From Gammaproteobacteria bacterium (GTDB lineage Bacteria > Pseudomonadota > Gammaproteobacteria > Eutrophobiales > Eutrophobiaceae), in NCBI GenBank assembly GCA_965222155.1, contig CBDCTH010000012.1, forward strand, positions 2,080,001 through 2,144,000: a stretch of 64,000 nt of DNA. The letters are read 5' to 3'. The notes under the pieces were generated by a model that saw nothing but the letters and a program-made list of their open reading frames with translations, was not told the DNA's origin and made no database searches. Position 1 is the first letter of the stretch, and each line of letters begins with the position of its first letter. Below, piece by piece: positions 9,599 to 19,001 of this stretch. The translations under genes were made by a program, and so were the position numbers.

Positions 9599-10438
9599 TC
9601 ACTCACCTTGTTCAATATCGGACGACTGGTAATCCGGCGCTGAAATTTTGCTCTGCTCCATTCTTTCATAATTACGTGTATAAATTTCGCGTTTACGGGC
9701 AACAAAGCTCCGGATACGCGGGTAACGTGCATTCAAGAAATCTTCAGTCATGCCCAGTTCGGGGTCTGTCGGTATTGCTTCCAGCACGTCAATGTTGTCC
9801 AGGAGGCAGGCGCGTTTTGCCGGGTCTTCAACGGCAAGGCTGGCCGTGTATTCAATAAACCTGTATGCCTGCCTGTGCGATTCTCTGTCCTGACTTCTGA
9901 ATAAATCACTGAGAGCGTGGTTCAAGACCCTGACGGCCAATCTTGTGCGCTCTGTGCTGCGACCATCGGTTTGCCCGGATCGACGGTTTAGAATTCCATA
10001 CGTGTTGTATATCCTGCTGGCCAGGCAATGTGCCGGATGGAGCACCAGGACGGATTTTTGCGTATTCGGGTTCCTGGCCTTCTGTGCGTCCTTTCTTATG
10101 TGGTAGTTGTCGACTCCTATCATTACCTCAAGAAAATCGACGTTGATGGGCCGGCCGTCTTCAAGATTGAACTTCAGGTTTGCCGACATCGGGGTATGGG
10201 TGTCCATGTCCGGCACCCTGATTTCGCCTTTCCAGATTTTATGCATGGCAGCGGCCGAGTCCTGGTCGCCAAGAAAATCGATGTCATGACTGAAAAAAGG
10301 GGAGTATGTGTTCAGGGATGAGTCTTGTTGGGCATAATATTCCGCCCAGATATTGAGAGCCTGGCCGCCGATCAGGATGGCATCGTTATCATCTGGCAGG
10401 GATTCAAGGACCTTGGCAATGTCTCTGATCCGGAACAT
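9599..10438 (-). CDS. Putative Pol-beta-superfamily nucleotidyltransferase (AbiEii/MenT-like)
   Basis: ILIGGQA, SHDIDF (DxD), VDFL, VLHP motifs. Confidence 0.7.
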   Translation of the reverse strand: MFRIRDIAKVLESLPDDNDAILIGGQALNIWAEYYAQQDSSLNTYSPFFSHDIDFLGDQDSAAAMHKIWKGEIRVPDMDTHTPMSANLKFNLEDGRPINVDFLEVMIGVDNYHIRKDAQKARNPNTQKSVLVLHPAHCLASRIYNTYGILNRRSGQTDGRSTERTRLAVRVLNHALSDLFRSQDRESHRQAYRFIEYTASLAVEDPAKRACLLDNIDVLEAIPTDPELGMTEDFLNARYPRIRSFVARKREIYTRNYERMEQSKISAPDYQSSDIEQGE

Positions 10439-10684
10439 CTATTCATACCACATGGGACCCTTTTCATTCCAGGGAACAAGCTCAAAGTCGTCATCCCAGT
10501 GGATGCAGTTTCTTTTCCGCAGTTCTTCCGGCGAAATGAGACCTTTTTCAATATCCTCGCGCATTTTTCTGTATTCGGCTTCTTTTTCCTCTTCGAACAC
10601 GCGCCCGGGCACAACGATTATGTTCAGTTCACTATCATCTGGTTTGGAGTGCTTCATAACATGCTTACCCAGGTTCGCGGTCAC
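10439..10684 (-). CDS. Small charged hypothetical protein, coupled to the NTase gene (alternative ATG start at 10657)
   Basis: Its stop TAG directly abuts the NTase ATG; helical E/K/R-rich core and Trp-rich tail. Confidence 0.6.
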   Translation of the reverse strand: MTANLGKHVMKHSKPDDSELNIIVVPGRVFEEEKEAEYRKMREDIEKGLISPEELRKRNCIHWDDDFELVPWNEKGPMWYE

Positions 10685-10835
10685 GGTATCTTATTATTTT
10701 AACACAGGAATTCCCGATATTGACCTGCCCTTCTTCCGTTCCACGGGCAGCAGATGAAAAATCTGCGGATGACGGCTTCGACACCATAATTTATCCTATT
10801 GAATTTTAACAGATAATATTTTGAGCAAATTAAAA

Positions 10836-10921
10836 TGGTGCCGATGGCCGGAGTCGAACCGGCACGCCTTTTGGGCACTGCCCCCTCAAGACAGCGTGTC
10901 TACCAATTCCACCACATCGGC
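10836..10921 (-). tRNA. leuU: tRNA-Leu (GAG)
   Basis: GCCGATG acceptor stem, anticodon loop TTGAGGG, long variable arm, GTTCGACTC, encoded CCA; follows secG. Confidence 0.97.
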
Positions 10922-10942
10922 ACGGTCTGGAAAATCTCTTTG

Positions 10943-11314
10943 TTATTCCGGAATGGACGGGATATCCGATTCAGGCACGTCCACGGGTATATTGGCGGGA
11001 TCGAACTGAGGCTCTTCAACCGGCTGCTCAAGCACCATCGGCTCAATTATATTCAATTCCCTTGCCTCCATGCTGCGCTCCTTGGCCATCCAGGCCAGGG
11101 CCAGGCTGTTTATCAGGAATACAAAGGCCAGGGCTGCCGTTGTCTTGGTCAGGAAATTGCCGGAACCCGATGCGCCGAAGACGGTAGCCGATGCGCCGCT
11201 GCCGAACGCCGCGCCGGCATCCGCGCCCTTGCCGTGCTGTATCAGGATAAAACCGATTAATGCCATAGCACAGACCACCTGCACTACCAGTAATAGAGCT
11301 TGTAACGTTTCCAT
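10943..11314 (-). CDS. secG: Preprotein translocase subunit SecG
   Basis: QHGKGADAGAAFGSGASATVFG; tpiA-secG-leuU synteny. Confidence 0.97.
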   Translation of the reverse strand: METLQALLLVVQVVCAMALIGFILIQHGKGADAGAAFGSGASATVFGASGSGNFLTKTTAALAFVFLINSLALAWMAKERSMEARELNIIEPMVLEQPVEEPQFDPANIPVDVPESDIPSIPE

Positions 11315-11316
11315 TT

Positions 11317-12072
11317 TTACCTCGCTGCCCGGCAGATTGCCAGGAAATCTTCAACATTTAATGATGCGCCGCCTATCAGCCCACCATCCACGTCCGCCAT
11401 GGAAAACAATGCTGCGGCGTTATCCGCCTTCACACTGCCTCCGTACAGGATACGCAGGTCGTCGGCAATCCGGTCATCGTGCCGGGCCACCTGCAGCCGG
11501 ATGAAGCTGTGGGCCGCCTGGGCCTGCTCCGGCAATGCGGTGCGCCCTGTTCCGATAGCCCATACCGGCTCATAAGCGATCACAACGCCGCCAAAGGCAT
11601 CTATTCCTGTTTTTGCGATCACCGCGTCCAGTTGTTCGGATAATACCTGTTCGGTCATGTCTGCCTCTCTCTCAGGCAATCGCTCTCCCAGACAAAGTAT
11701 GACCTTCAGCCCGCTCTCCCGGGCGAAACAGAACTTGTTCGCCACCGTCTCATTGGTTTCGGCGAAGATATGGCGTCGTTCCGAGTGGCCGATGATAACA
11801 TATCGGCAACCATAATCTTTCAGCATATCCACCGATATCTCACCCGTGTAGGCACCGTTTGCATATTCCGACACCGTCTGCGCCCCCAGCCCGATGGCGC
11901 TACCGGTCAGTTGCTGCGCCGCCAGCGGAATATGGATATAGGGCGGGCAGACCAGGACTTCTACTCCGTCCACAGGCAGGCCCTGCCTGAACCCGCGCAA
12001 CAGCGCGGTGACGGACACGCGGCTGCCGTTCATCTTCCAGTTGGCCGCTACCAGGGGTTGTCTGCTGGTCAT
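11317..12072 (-). CDS. tpiA: Triosephosphate isomerase
   Basis: ANWKMNG, IIGHSERR, AYEPVWAIGTG, YGGSV, LIGGASL. Confidence 0.98.
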   Translation of the reverse strand: MTSRQPLVAANWKMNGSRVSVTALLRGFRQGLPVDGVEVLVCPPYIHIPLAAQQLTGSAIGLGAQTVSEYANGAYTGEISVDMLKDYGCRYVIIGHSERRHIFAETNETVANKFCFARESGLKVILCLGERLPEREADMTEQVLSEQLDAVIAKTGIDAFGGVVIAYEPVWAIGTGRTALPEQAQAAHSFIRLQVARHDDRIADDLRILYGGSVKADNAAALFSMADVDGGLIGGASLNVEDFLAICRAAR

Positions 12073-12168
12073 AACGGATGGTTTACCGACTCAATACAAA
12101 AAGGGATGTCAAGATTAACGGAACTATCTGAAAAGTCAAAGGAGATGTCAATCTTCCCGGGTCTTTTG

Positions 12169-12344
12169 CAGGTGCTCCCGCTAACTCGAAGTCAATACAG
12201 TGATTCTTGCCGGATTCGAAGACAGAGGGGACAGATTTAAATCTGTCCCCCAGGAGTTACGGGCATTTTCCCCTGGGAGGGAGGGCGTCTCGCCCTCCAA
12301 GAGGGCAGGATGCCCTCGATCCCGGGAGTTAGCGGGAACTGCTG
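12169..12344 (+). mobile_element. MITE family A, copy 1 (~176 bp)
   Basis: Ends CAGGTGCTCCCGCTAAC / GTTAGCGGGAACTGCTG; internal GGGGACAGATTTAAATCTGTCCCC; similar to 18767 and 25468. Confidence 0.85.
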
Positions 12345-12402
12345 GGTCTTTTGTTACAGCCGCAGCGCATTCCGGTGCGACTCACACCTGTTGAGATCAG
12401 TC

Positions 12403-13380
12403 TTACTCGAAAACTGACGCCTTCAATTTGTATTCACGGGGAGTGCAGTCGTAGTATTGCTTAAACCTGCGATAAAAATAGGGAAGACTGCTGAAGCCGC
12501 ACTGGTAGGCAATCGCGTCGGTATTGCGGTTTATGTTCCGGGAACAGCTTAATAATTCCGTGCATTTCTCCAGACGGCGTTTGCAGATCCAGCGGGTTAT
12601 CGATGTATTTTCCCTGGCAAACAGCTTGTTCAGGTAACGCACCGTCACGCAATGGGCTGATGCTACCTGTTCCGGGTTGAGATCATGATTCAATAGGTGG
12701 TAGTCGATATACGACTTGACCCTGTGCAGCAAGGCACTACTGCTGCTGGAAAACTGCCCGTCCCTGTTACGAAAACTGCTGGATACCGCAGCAGTGATGG
12801 TATCGAGTATCGCGTTGGTTACGGTAGTACTTGTCTCGGTGTTGCCTGATTGCAACTGGCTGTTGAGCGATAGCACCATATCGAAGGCCAGTCTGACCAT
12901 GGTGTTACGCGGGTCGAGCGGCACCGTGGTGATTTCATTCAGGTAGGGTATTCTATGAATGAATTCCCTGCGCGGTACGCGCAAGAACAGATTTTTTACT
13001 CCACTGCCTCCACGACCACGGCCGCTATGGGGCAACCTGGAGTCATATAAGACCATATCACCCGGCCTTAAGTGGGCAGTACGGCCTGCTTGATTGACAA
13101 TAGTTGTGCCTTCAATTTGTACGTTGAGAAGGGCAAACTCATCTCTGGATTGACAGGTACGCCGCAGGTCACGGGATACGGTAAAGGATTCCCGGCTCAG
13201 TACATCAATCAGACTCAGGTGGCCCAGGTCATATGTGATCAACCTCCCCTCGAACCGGGGCACGCTCATACAGGGCACATCAATGCTGGTATTGACGTCT
13301 AACACGTAATCACAAATTACCTCGTTCCAATAGGCGATTCGCTCCTTGCTGGGAAGATTTTCAGTCGTGAAAATTTGCAT
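12403..13380 (-). CDS. AraC family transcriptional regulator (FeaR-like N-terminal domain)
   Basis: ERIAYWNEVI..; C-terminal HTH VRYLNKLF...IAYQCGFSSLPYFYRRFK. Confidence 0.9.
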   Translation of the reverse strand: MQIFTTENLPSKERIAYWNEVICDYVLDVNTSIDVPCMSVPRFEGRLITYDLGHLSLIDVLSRESFTVSRDLRRTCQSRDEFALLNVQIEGTTIVNQAGRTAHLRPGDMVLYDSRLPHSGRGRGGSGVKNLFLRVPRREFIHRIPYLNEITTVPLDPRNTMVRLAFDMVLSLNSQLQSGNTETSTTVTNAILDTITAAVSSSFRNRDGQFSSSSSALLHRVKSYIDYHLLNHDLNPEQVASAHCVTVRYLNKLFARENTSITRWICKRRLEKCTELLSCSRNINRNTDAIAYQCGFSSLPYFYRRFKQYYDCTPREYKLKASVFE

Positions 13381-13588
13381 GTGCCCTGGCTACAAAGAAA
13401 GTTGACTAACCAACAGAATTGTAGAACATATTTACAACAACACAACAAAAAAAGGGTATTTATTCCTGTTAACCCCAGTTTTATTCCTTATAGGGTATAA
13501 ACAGGTTCCGTATAGGAGACGACTCAATACCGGTTTGGTTAGTACGCTGGTTTCTTTACTCTGGTCTGGAGATAATGGAGAATTTGTC

Positions 13589-15811
13589 ATGATCAATCGT
13601 ATTGCATATGTGTTTTTTATCCTGGCTGGTTTGCTCGCACAACCTGTTGTGACTGCACAACAACTGGAAGAAATCGTGGTTACCGCTCAGCGACGGGCAG
13701 AGAGTCTGCAAGACGTTCCCATCACCATCTACGCGTTGAGTGGAGAACAGTTATCAGAATCAGGGATCGAATACACGACGGACTTACAATTCCATGTGCC
13801 GGGCTTCGTACTCAGCCCGAATGCACACTTTGGCTTGCCTTTCCTGCGCGGTGTAGGCACGGACCAAGTCACGGTAGGTCTGGAAGGATCCGTCGCGGTT
13901 CATTCCAACGGCGTTTATCTGCCCAGGCTGGTCAGTTCGATCTCGGACTTTTACGATATTGAGCGCGTTGAAGTGATTAAGGGTCCACAGGGTACCCTGT
14001 TCGGACGCAATGCGACCGGTGGCGTGATTAACATATTCCCCAGACAACCAGAAGAGGAATTCGGCGGTTACGTCGATTTCAGCGCCGGCAATTATGAAAC
14101 CATTCGTGTGAGCGGGGCCGTGAACGTACCGCTGGCGCAAGATAAGGCCATTTTGCGCATCGCCGCTCTGGGCAGTTTTGATGACGGTTATGCGACCAAT
14201 CCTTATCTCAGCGAGGGTAGTGAGGAAACCGACGTGGTCTCTTTCCGTTCACAACTGTTGCTCCAGGTGACGGATGATTTATCAATCCGGTTGTTCGGCG
14301 ATTATACGAAGGATGAAAGCAGCCGCGGACAAGGCGTACAACTCCAGCCCGTATTTGCCTCCAATCTCGGCGTTGCCTTCGGCGCTCCCCTCCACACTGA
14401 CATCAGGACACAGAGCGGAGATGCCCTGAATCAGCTTGACCTTGAGGATTACGGGTTTGGCGCTGAGATTATCTGGGACCTGGGTTCAATGGAATTCAAG
14501 TCCTTAAGCAGTTACCGGGAATATGAACAGACCTGGGCACTGGATTTCGACGTGTCTGAATTAAACCTGATATTCTCTGCGCCATCGGAAAGTTCAGAAT
14601 CGGTATTGCAGGAGTTCCAGTTAGCGTCGACCGGTGACGCAGCGCTTGAATGGCTTGTGGGCGCCTTTCTCTTTTTTGAGGAGCCGGAACAGGACTTTCG
14701 CCTCATTTTCGGCGCCGCACCTCTGGGCGGCACGGCGCTGGCCGCTAGCGGATTATACGACCAGGGAATCGCTGATGTTACCCGCGTCGAGACGGAAGCC
14801 TATGCCGTATTCGGGCAATTCAGTTACAGCTTTAGCGAGCAGTGGCGCGCTACTCTGGGTCTGCGTTACAGTTATGAGCAGAAAGATGTAGACTACAACT
14901 TCACTTTACTGAATATTCCGACGCCGGCAACGGCTGCCGACCTTATCGCAAACAGGCCGGCATTGGGATTCAGTCCGTTCGGTGATTCGCCGCAAAACAG
15001 TTGGAGCGCCTTCACACCCAAGTTCGGTATCGAGTACATCATGTCGGACGACATCCTCTGGTTTGCATCAGCAACCCGGGGTTTTAAATCCGGCGGCTTC
15101 AACTCCTTGCTGTTCGGCGCCTCGACAACCCTCGAATCGGTCGATGAAGAATTCATCTGGTCCTATGAAGGTGGGGTAAAAACCACTCTCATAGATGGCC
15201 GCCTGCGGGCCAATGCAGCTTTTTTCTATTACGATTACAGCGACCTGCAACAGAATGTATTAACGCAAGAGGCTATCGCGGCAGGCAACGGTTTCGCCAG
15301 TGTGCGTAATGTCGGCGATGCTGAGGTGTGGGGCCTGGAACTGGAACTGGATTTAGCTGCAACGGGTAATCTGTTTTTTGATGGTCAGCTCGCGTACCTG
15401 AATACTGAAATCGAACAACTGCAGGCACCGGACCCCAACAATCCTGTCGATGTTGACCAGGACGGCAATGACCTTCCCAAGGCGCCCGAGTTCAGCGTCA
15501 GCCTCGGCGCTGAATATCATATGCCGCTTGAAGACCTGGGCAGACTGATCCTGCGGATGGAATACAGCTATCGTGACAGGATTTTCTATACCTTGTTCAA
15601 TGATCCCCTGGCAGCCGCCGACTCCCACGACATCGTAAACGGACGCCTGACATTGAACAGCCGGGATGATAAATGGAGTGCGGCGCTGTATGTAAGAAAC
15701 CTGCTGGATGAGGATTATGAGATCGGGGGCTTTCGTGGCGGCGCCTTCGGCAACGTAGTCGAGTTCGGGCGGCCGCGGACTTATGGTATTAACCTTAAGT
15801 ATAATTTTTAA
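13589..15811 (+). CDS. TonB-dependent receptor
   Basis: SD GGAG before ATG 13589; signal peptide; LEEIVVTAQRR; ERVEVIKGPQGTLFGRNATGG; C-terminal F. Confidence 0.95.
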   Translation: MINRIAYVFFILAGLLAQPVVTAQQLEEIVVTAQRRAESLQDVPITIYALSGEQLSESGIEYTTDLQFHVPGFVLSPNAHFGLPFLRGVGTDQVTVGLEGSVAVHSNGVYLPRLVSSISDFYDIERVEVIKGPQGTLFGRNATGGVINIFPRQPEEEFGGYVDFSAGNYETIRVSGAVNVPLAQDKAILRIAALGSFDDGYATNPYLSEGSEETDVVSFRSQLLLQVTDDLSIRLFGDYTKDESSRGQGVQLQPVFASNLGVAFGAPLHTDIRTQSGDALNQLDLEDYGFGAEIIWDLGSMEFKSLSSYREYEQTWALDFDVSELNLIFSAPSESSESVLQEFQLASTGDAALEWLVGAFLFFEEPEQDFRLIFGAAPLGGTALAASGLYDQGIADVTRVETEAYAVFGQFSYSFSEQWRATLGLRYSYEQKDVDYNFTLLNIPTPATAADLIANRPALGFSPFGDSPQNSWSAFTPKFGIEYIMSDDILWFASATRGFKSGGFNSLLFGASTTLESVDEEFIWSYEGGVKTTLIDGRLRANAAFFYYDYSDLQQNVLTQEAIAAGNGFASVRNVGDAEVWGLELELDLAATGNLFFDGQLAYLNTEIEQLQAPDPNNPVDVDQDGNDLPKAPEFSVSLGAEYHMPLEDLGRLILRMEYSYRDRIFYTLFNDPLAAADSHDIVNGRLTLNSRDDKWSAALYVRNLLDEDYEIGGFRGGAFGNVVEFGRPRTYGINLKYNF

Positions 15812-15922
15812 TTTGTCCGATCCCGTATAATCCTTCCCCGGTCCGACCGGGGTCAGGGGTATGTCGCTTGCTTACGCCATAGAATACATAGCATAAACGA
15901 CCAATAACAAGACAGTGGGATC

Positions 15923-16762
15923 ATGTCCCAGGCAAAGAATTTATCCGTTACAGACAGTCAACCCGGGGGTGATGCCGTGTTGAGTTTTATTCACACAGGC
16001 CCTGATGCAGACACGGCAGGCAATCTTGTTTTTCTGCACGGATTAATGATGAGCAAAGAGGTCTGGAACTCCCAGATCAGTCACTTCTCCGACAAATACA
16101 GAATCATTGCCATAGACCTTGCAGGTTTTGGTGATTCCTCAAGCATTGTACCGCCGGATTCATACGCAGGACACGCACGGGACGTCCATGACTTGCTGCA
16201 ACATCTTCAAATAAGCAACGTTCATCTGGTTGGCTGGTCGATGGGCGCTCTTGTTGCAATTAACTTTGCAGATTTATTCCACCCTGAGTTGAATACCCTG
16301 ACCCTGGTTAATGCTAACGCCAATGGGATAAGATCGGCAGATTTTCCCTGGGGCATAGAAAGCGGCACGTTGTCTGCAATGATGGAGACCCTGGAGCAAG
16401 ACCCGGCGTTCATGGCTGAAAAATTCGTGACTCAGATATTATCCGGTTCCACTGACAAGGCGCTGTATGAAAAAATCCTGAATATCGTCAATCAGACAAC
16501 CCCGGAGGTCGCATTGCATCACTTGCGGCTTGCGATTGAGAGTGATTCACGGGCAATGCTGGGCAGCATACGGTCTCCGACACTCTTAATTAATGGAGAA
16601 CTCGATATATTCAGCACTACACAGGCTAATGAATATATGGCACAGCACATAAAACAGGTGACCTGGACTGAGATCCCGCGTACCGGACATGCTCCATTTT
16701 TAACGGAACCGGTGAAATTTAATCATTGCCTGGAACACTTTTTAAGAAATGCCGCCTCATAA
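15923..16762 (+). CDS. Alpha/beta fold hydrolase
   Basis: FLHG, DLAGFG, GWSMG nucleophile, GELD, GHAP. Confidence 0.92.
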   Translation: MSQAKNLSVTDSQPGGDAVLSFIHTGPDADTAGNLVFLHGLMMSKEVWNSQISHFSDKYRIIAIDLAGFGDSSSIVPPDSYAGHARDVHDLLQHLQISNVHLVGWSMGALVAINFADLFHPELNTLTLVNANANGIRSADFPWGIESGTLSAMMETLEQDPAFMAEKFVTQILSGSTDKALYEKILNIVNQTTPEVALHHLRLAIESDSRAMLGSIRSPTLLINGELDIFSTTQANEYMAQHIKQVTWTEIPRTGHAPFLTEPVKFNHCLEHFLRNAAS

Positions 16763-16764
16763 CC

Positions 16765-17910
16765 ATGTCTGTTTCTGAATACTTCAGCGAAACATACCAG
16801 CAGGCTCGTAATAAGTTTCTGGAGGTTTGTGAAAACCATCAATTGGACGTCTGGAGTTATCAAAATCCTGTTGTGAAAGGAGCCGAGGGCGAAGCACTTT
16901 ATACCGACATCGCAGTGGTAGGGGATACAGGCGCAAACAAGGTGTTGATTATTTCTTCAGGGACACACGGTGTCGAAGGTTATTGCGGATCGGCATTACA
17001 AGTTTATGCCTTGGAACAGGGGTTGCATGACATTGTCAGCCACGATTGCGTTTGTTATATCGTCCATGCAATAAATCCTTACGGTTTTTCTCATCATCGG
17101 CGGGTCAATGAGGATAACGTCGATTTAAATCGCAATTTCATCGATTTTACGCAGCCGCTGCCGGACAACTCAAACTACCGGATGTTCAAGGAATTTATGC
17201 ATAAATTCACTCAAGAAGCCGGAGGTCGTACTGCAACGGATGCTGCTTGTGCGTATATAGAGAAATATGGTGAAAAGAAGTATCAGAAGGCCATTACTTC
17301 AGGCCAGTATACCGATGAAACGGATATTTATTTTGGCGGGAAGCAAGCGACCTGGAGTAACGTAATGTGGATGAATTTTATAAAACAAGTGGTTTCGCAT
17401 GCATCCCATGTTATCCATATTGATATCCATACCGGACTCGGCCCTTTCGGGAAGCAGACACTGATATATACTGGAGACCCGTCAAAACCAGCCTTCCAGA
17501 TGGCCTGTCAGTGCTATGGGAAAACCAACCTGCTGGTGCCTGGTGATGAACTGACTCCCAATGTCAATGGCCCGTTAACCTCCTCTTTTAACATTGTTAA
17601 AGATAGAACACACGTGATCGGCGTGGCGCCTGAATTTGGTACGGTATCACTCCAGGAGATGCTGGGCACACTGATTGATGAAAATATATTATGGGGTGAT
17701 GTCCATGGCGCTGCAGGTGAACGAATGGAGATTATTAAAAGAATGCGTCGTTGTTTTTGTCCTGATGATCCCGGTTGGGCCAAAGATGTATGGACACAAT
17801 TTAAAAAATGCCTGAAAAAATCAATCGATTATTTGGGCAATAATGCGTCAATGTCCTCCGGTTTCAATTCCCAGCACTGGCCGGGGCGCTTGATACGGGG
17901 CAGGTTGTAA
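16765..17910 (+). CDS. DUF2817 / M14-like metallopeptidase
   Basis: SGTHGVEGYCGS, INPYGF, RRVNEDNVDLNRNF, DIHTGLG, EFGT. Confidence 0.85.
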   Translation: MSVSEYFSETYQQARNKFLEVCENHQLDVWSYQNPVVKGAEGEALYTDIAVVGDTGANKVLIISSGTHGVEGYCGSALQVYALEQGLHDIVSHDCVCYIVHAINPYGFSHHRRVNEDNVDLNRNFIDFTQPLPDNSNYRMFKEFMHKFTQEAGGRTATDAACAYIEKYGEKKYQKAITSGQYTDETDIYFGGKQATWSNVMWMNFIKQVVSHASHVIHIDIHTGLGPFGKQTLIYTGDPSKPAFQMACQCYGKTNLLVPGDELTPNVNGPLTSSFNIVKDRTHVIGVAPEFGTVSLQEMLGTLIDENILWGDVHGAAGERMEIIKRMRRCFCPDDPGWAKDVWTQFKKCLKKSIDYLGNNASMSSGFNSQHWPGRLIRGRL

Positions 17911-18566
17911 GAGCCGTATCTTATCCGGATGAGGCGGTTTGTCAGCAAACCCTGGGATTCCCAGAGGCGCCGGACTTCCCGGTTCCGGCCTTCCATTATG
18001 ACTACGTGATACCAGTGATTCCTGCCCTTGCCTCCGCCATCCGTGATACTGGCAAAGCGGGCTATGCCATCCTCAAGCCGGACGCCTTTCAGCAGGGCAT
18101 TGAGCTGATCCTGGCGGGCCCGGCCTGATACGCGCACGGCATACTCACGTTGCACCTGGTTACGCGGGTGCATCAGGTCATTCGCCAGTGCGCCATTATC
18201 GGTAAACAGCAACAGGCCACTACTGTTGATGTCCAGGCGCCCGATACTGATCCAGCGCCCCCGATGCAGCTTCGGCAGGTTTGCAAAAACCGTCCTCCGA
18301 CCCTCAGGGTCTTTTACCGTACAAATTTCTCCTTCGGGTTTGTAATAGGCCAGCACCTTGGGACAGCCCCCTGCACTATCCACAGGTAGAGGATTTAACC
18401 GGATCCTGCGCCGGTCGATTATTACCTGGTCGGTCGTCCTGATCTTGTCCCCCGGTTTTGCGACATATCCGTTAACGCGCACACGCCCCGCCTTGATCAG
18501 GCTGTCTATGTGACGCCGCGAACCCACTCCCTCGGCAGCCAGGACCTTCTGAATACGGTCAGACAC
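17829..18566 (-). CDS. rluB: 23S rRNA pseudouridine synthase B
   Basis: S4 domain, IGRLDINSSGLLLFT, EGRNREVRRLWE. Confidence 0.93.
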   Translation of the reverse strand: MSDRIQKVLAAEGVGSRRHIDSLIKAGRVRVNGYVAKPGDKIRTTDQVIIDRRRIRLNPLPVDSAGGCPKVLAYYKPEGEICTVKDPEGRRTVFANLPKLHRGRWISIGRLDINSSGLLLFTDNGALANDLMHPRNQVQREYAVRVSGRARQDQLNALLKGVRLEDGIARFASITDGGGKGRNHWYHVVIMEGRNREVRRLWESQGLLTNRLIRIRYGSYNLPRIKRPGQCWELKPEDIDALLPK

Positions 18567-18766
18567 TGGTTTACAAACCTCTCAATCTACTCATCAGTAA
18601 AAGCACAATTAATAGCTGAATAATATCCCACAGGTACACTCCCAATATGAAATCGATGTCGAACCTCCGACTACAGGTATACCAGAAAACCAGTGTTCAC
18701 CGAAGAAATATCCTGTCCTGCAGAAAATACGGTACTGCCGGAACCGTTTCAAAACCATGCATTTCT

Positions 18767-18945
18767 CAGGTGCTCCCGCTAACCCGAGGTCAATACAGTG
18801 ATTATTGCCGAAGGCAGGGGGGACAGATTTAAATCTGTCCCCCAAGTTCCTGACCATAAGGGAGCGTATTTCCTTGGGAGGGAGAGCGTCTCGCCCTCCA
18901 CGAGGGCAGGATGCCCTCGATCCCGGGAGTTAGCCGGAACTGCTG
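18767..18945 (+). mobile_element. MITE family A, copy 2
   Basis: Same ends and internal hairpins as 12169..12344. Confidence 0.85.
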
Positions 18946-19001
18946 TGCATTTCTTATACAAATTGTAATTTATAGTTACAATTTGTATAATTATTTCTGC
19001 C

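Noticed and set aside
3900-10835. Prophage or integron
   Set aside because: No phage structural genes, integrase or convincing attC sites
12200-12394. Short ORFs over family A, B, C and E elements (e.g. DRFKSVP, QRTQRSQR peptides)
   Set aside because: Translations of non-coding repeats rather than genes
18358-18373. GGGACAGCCCCC in rluB as an in-frame repeat relic
   Set aside because: Too short and no second arm
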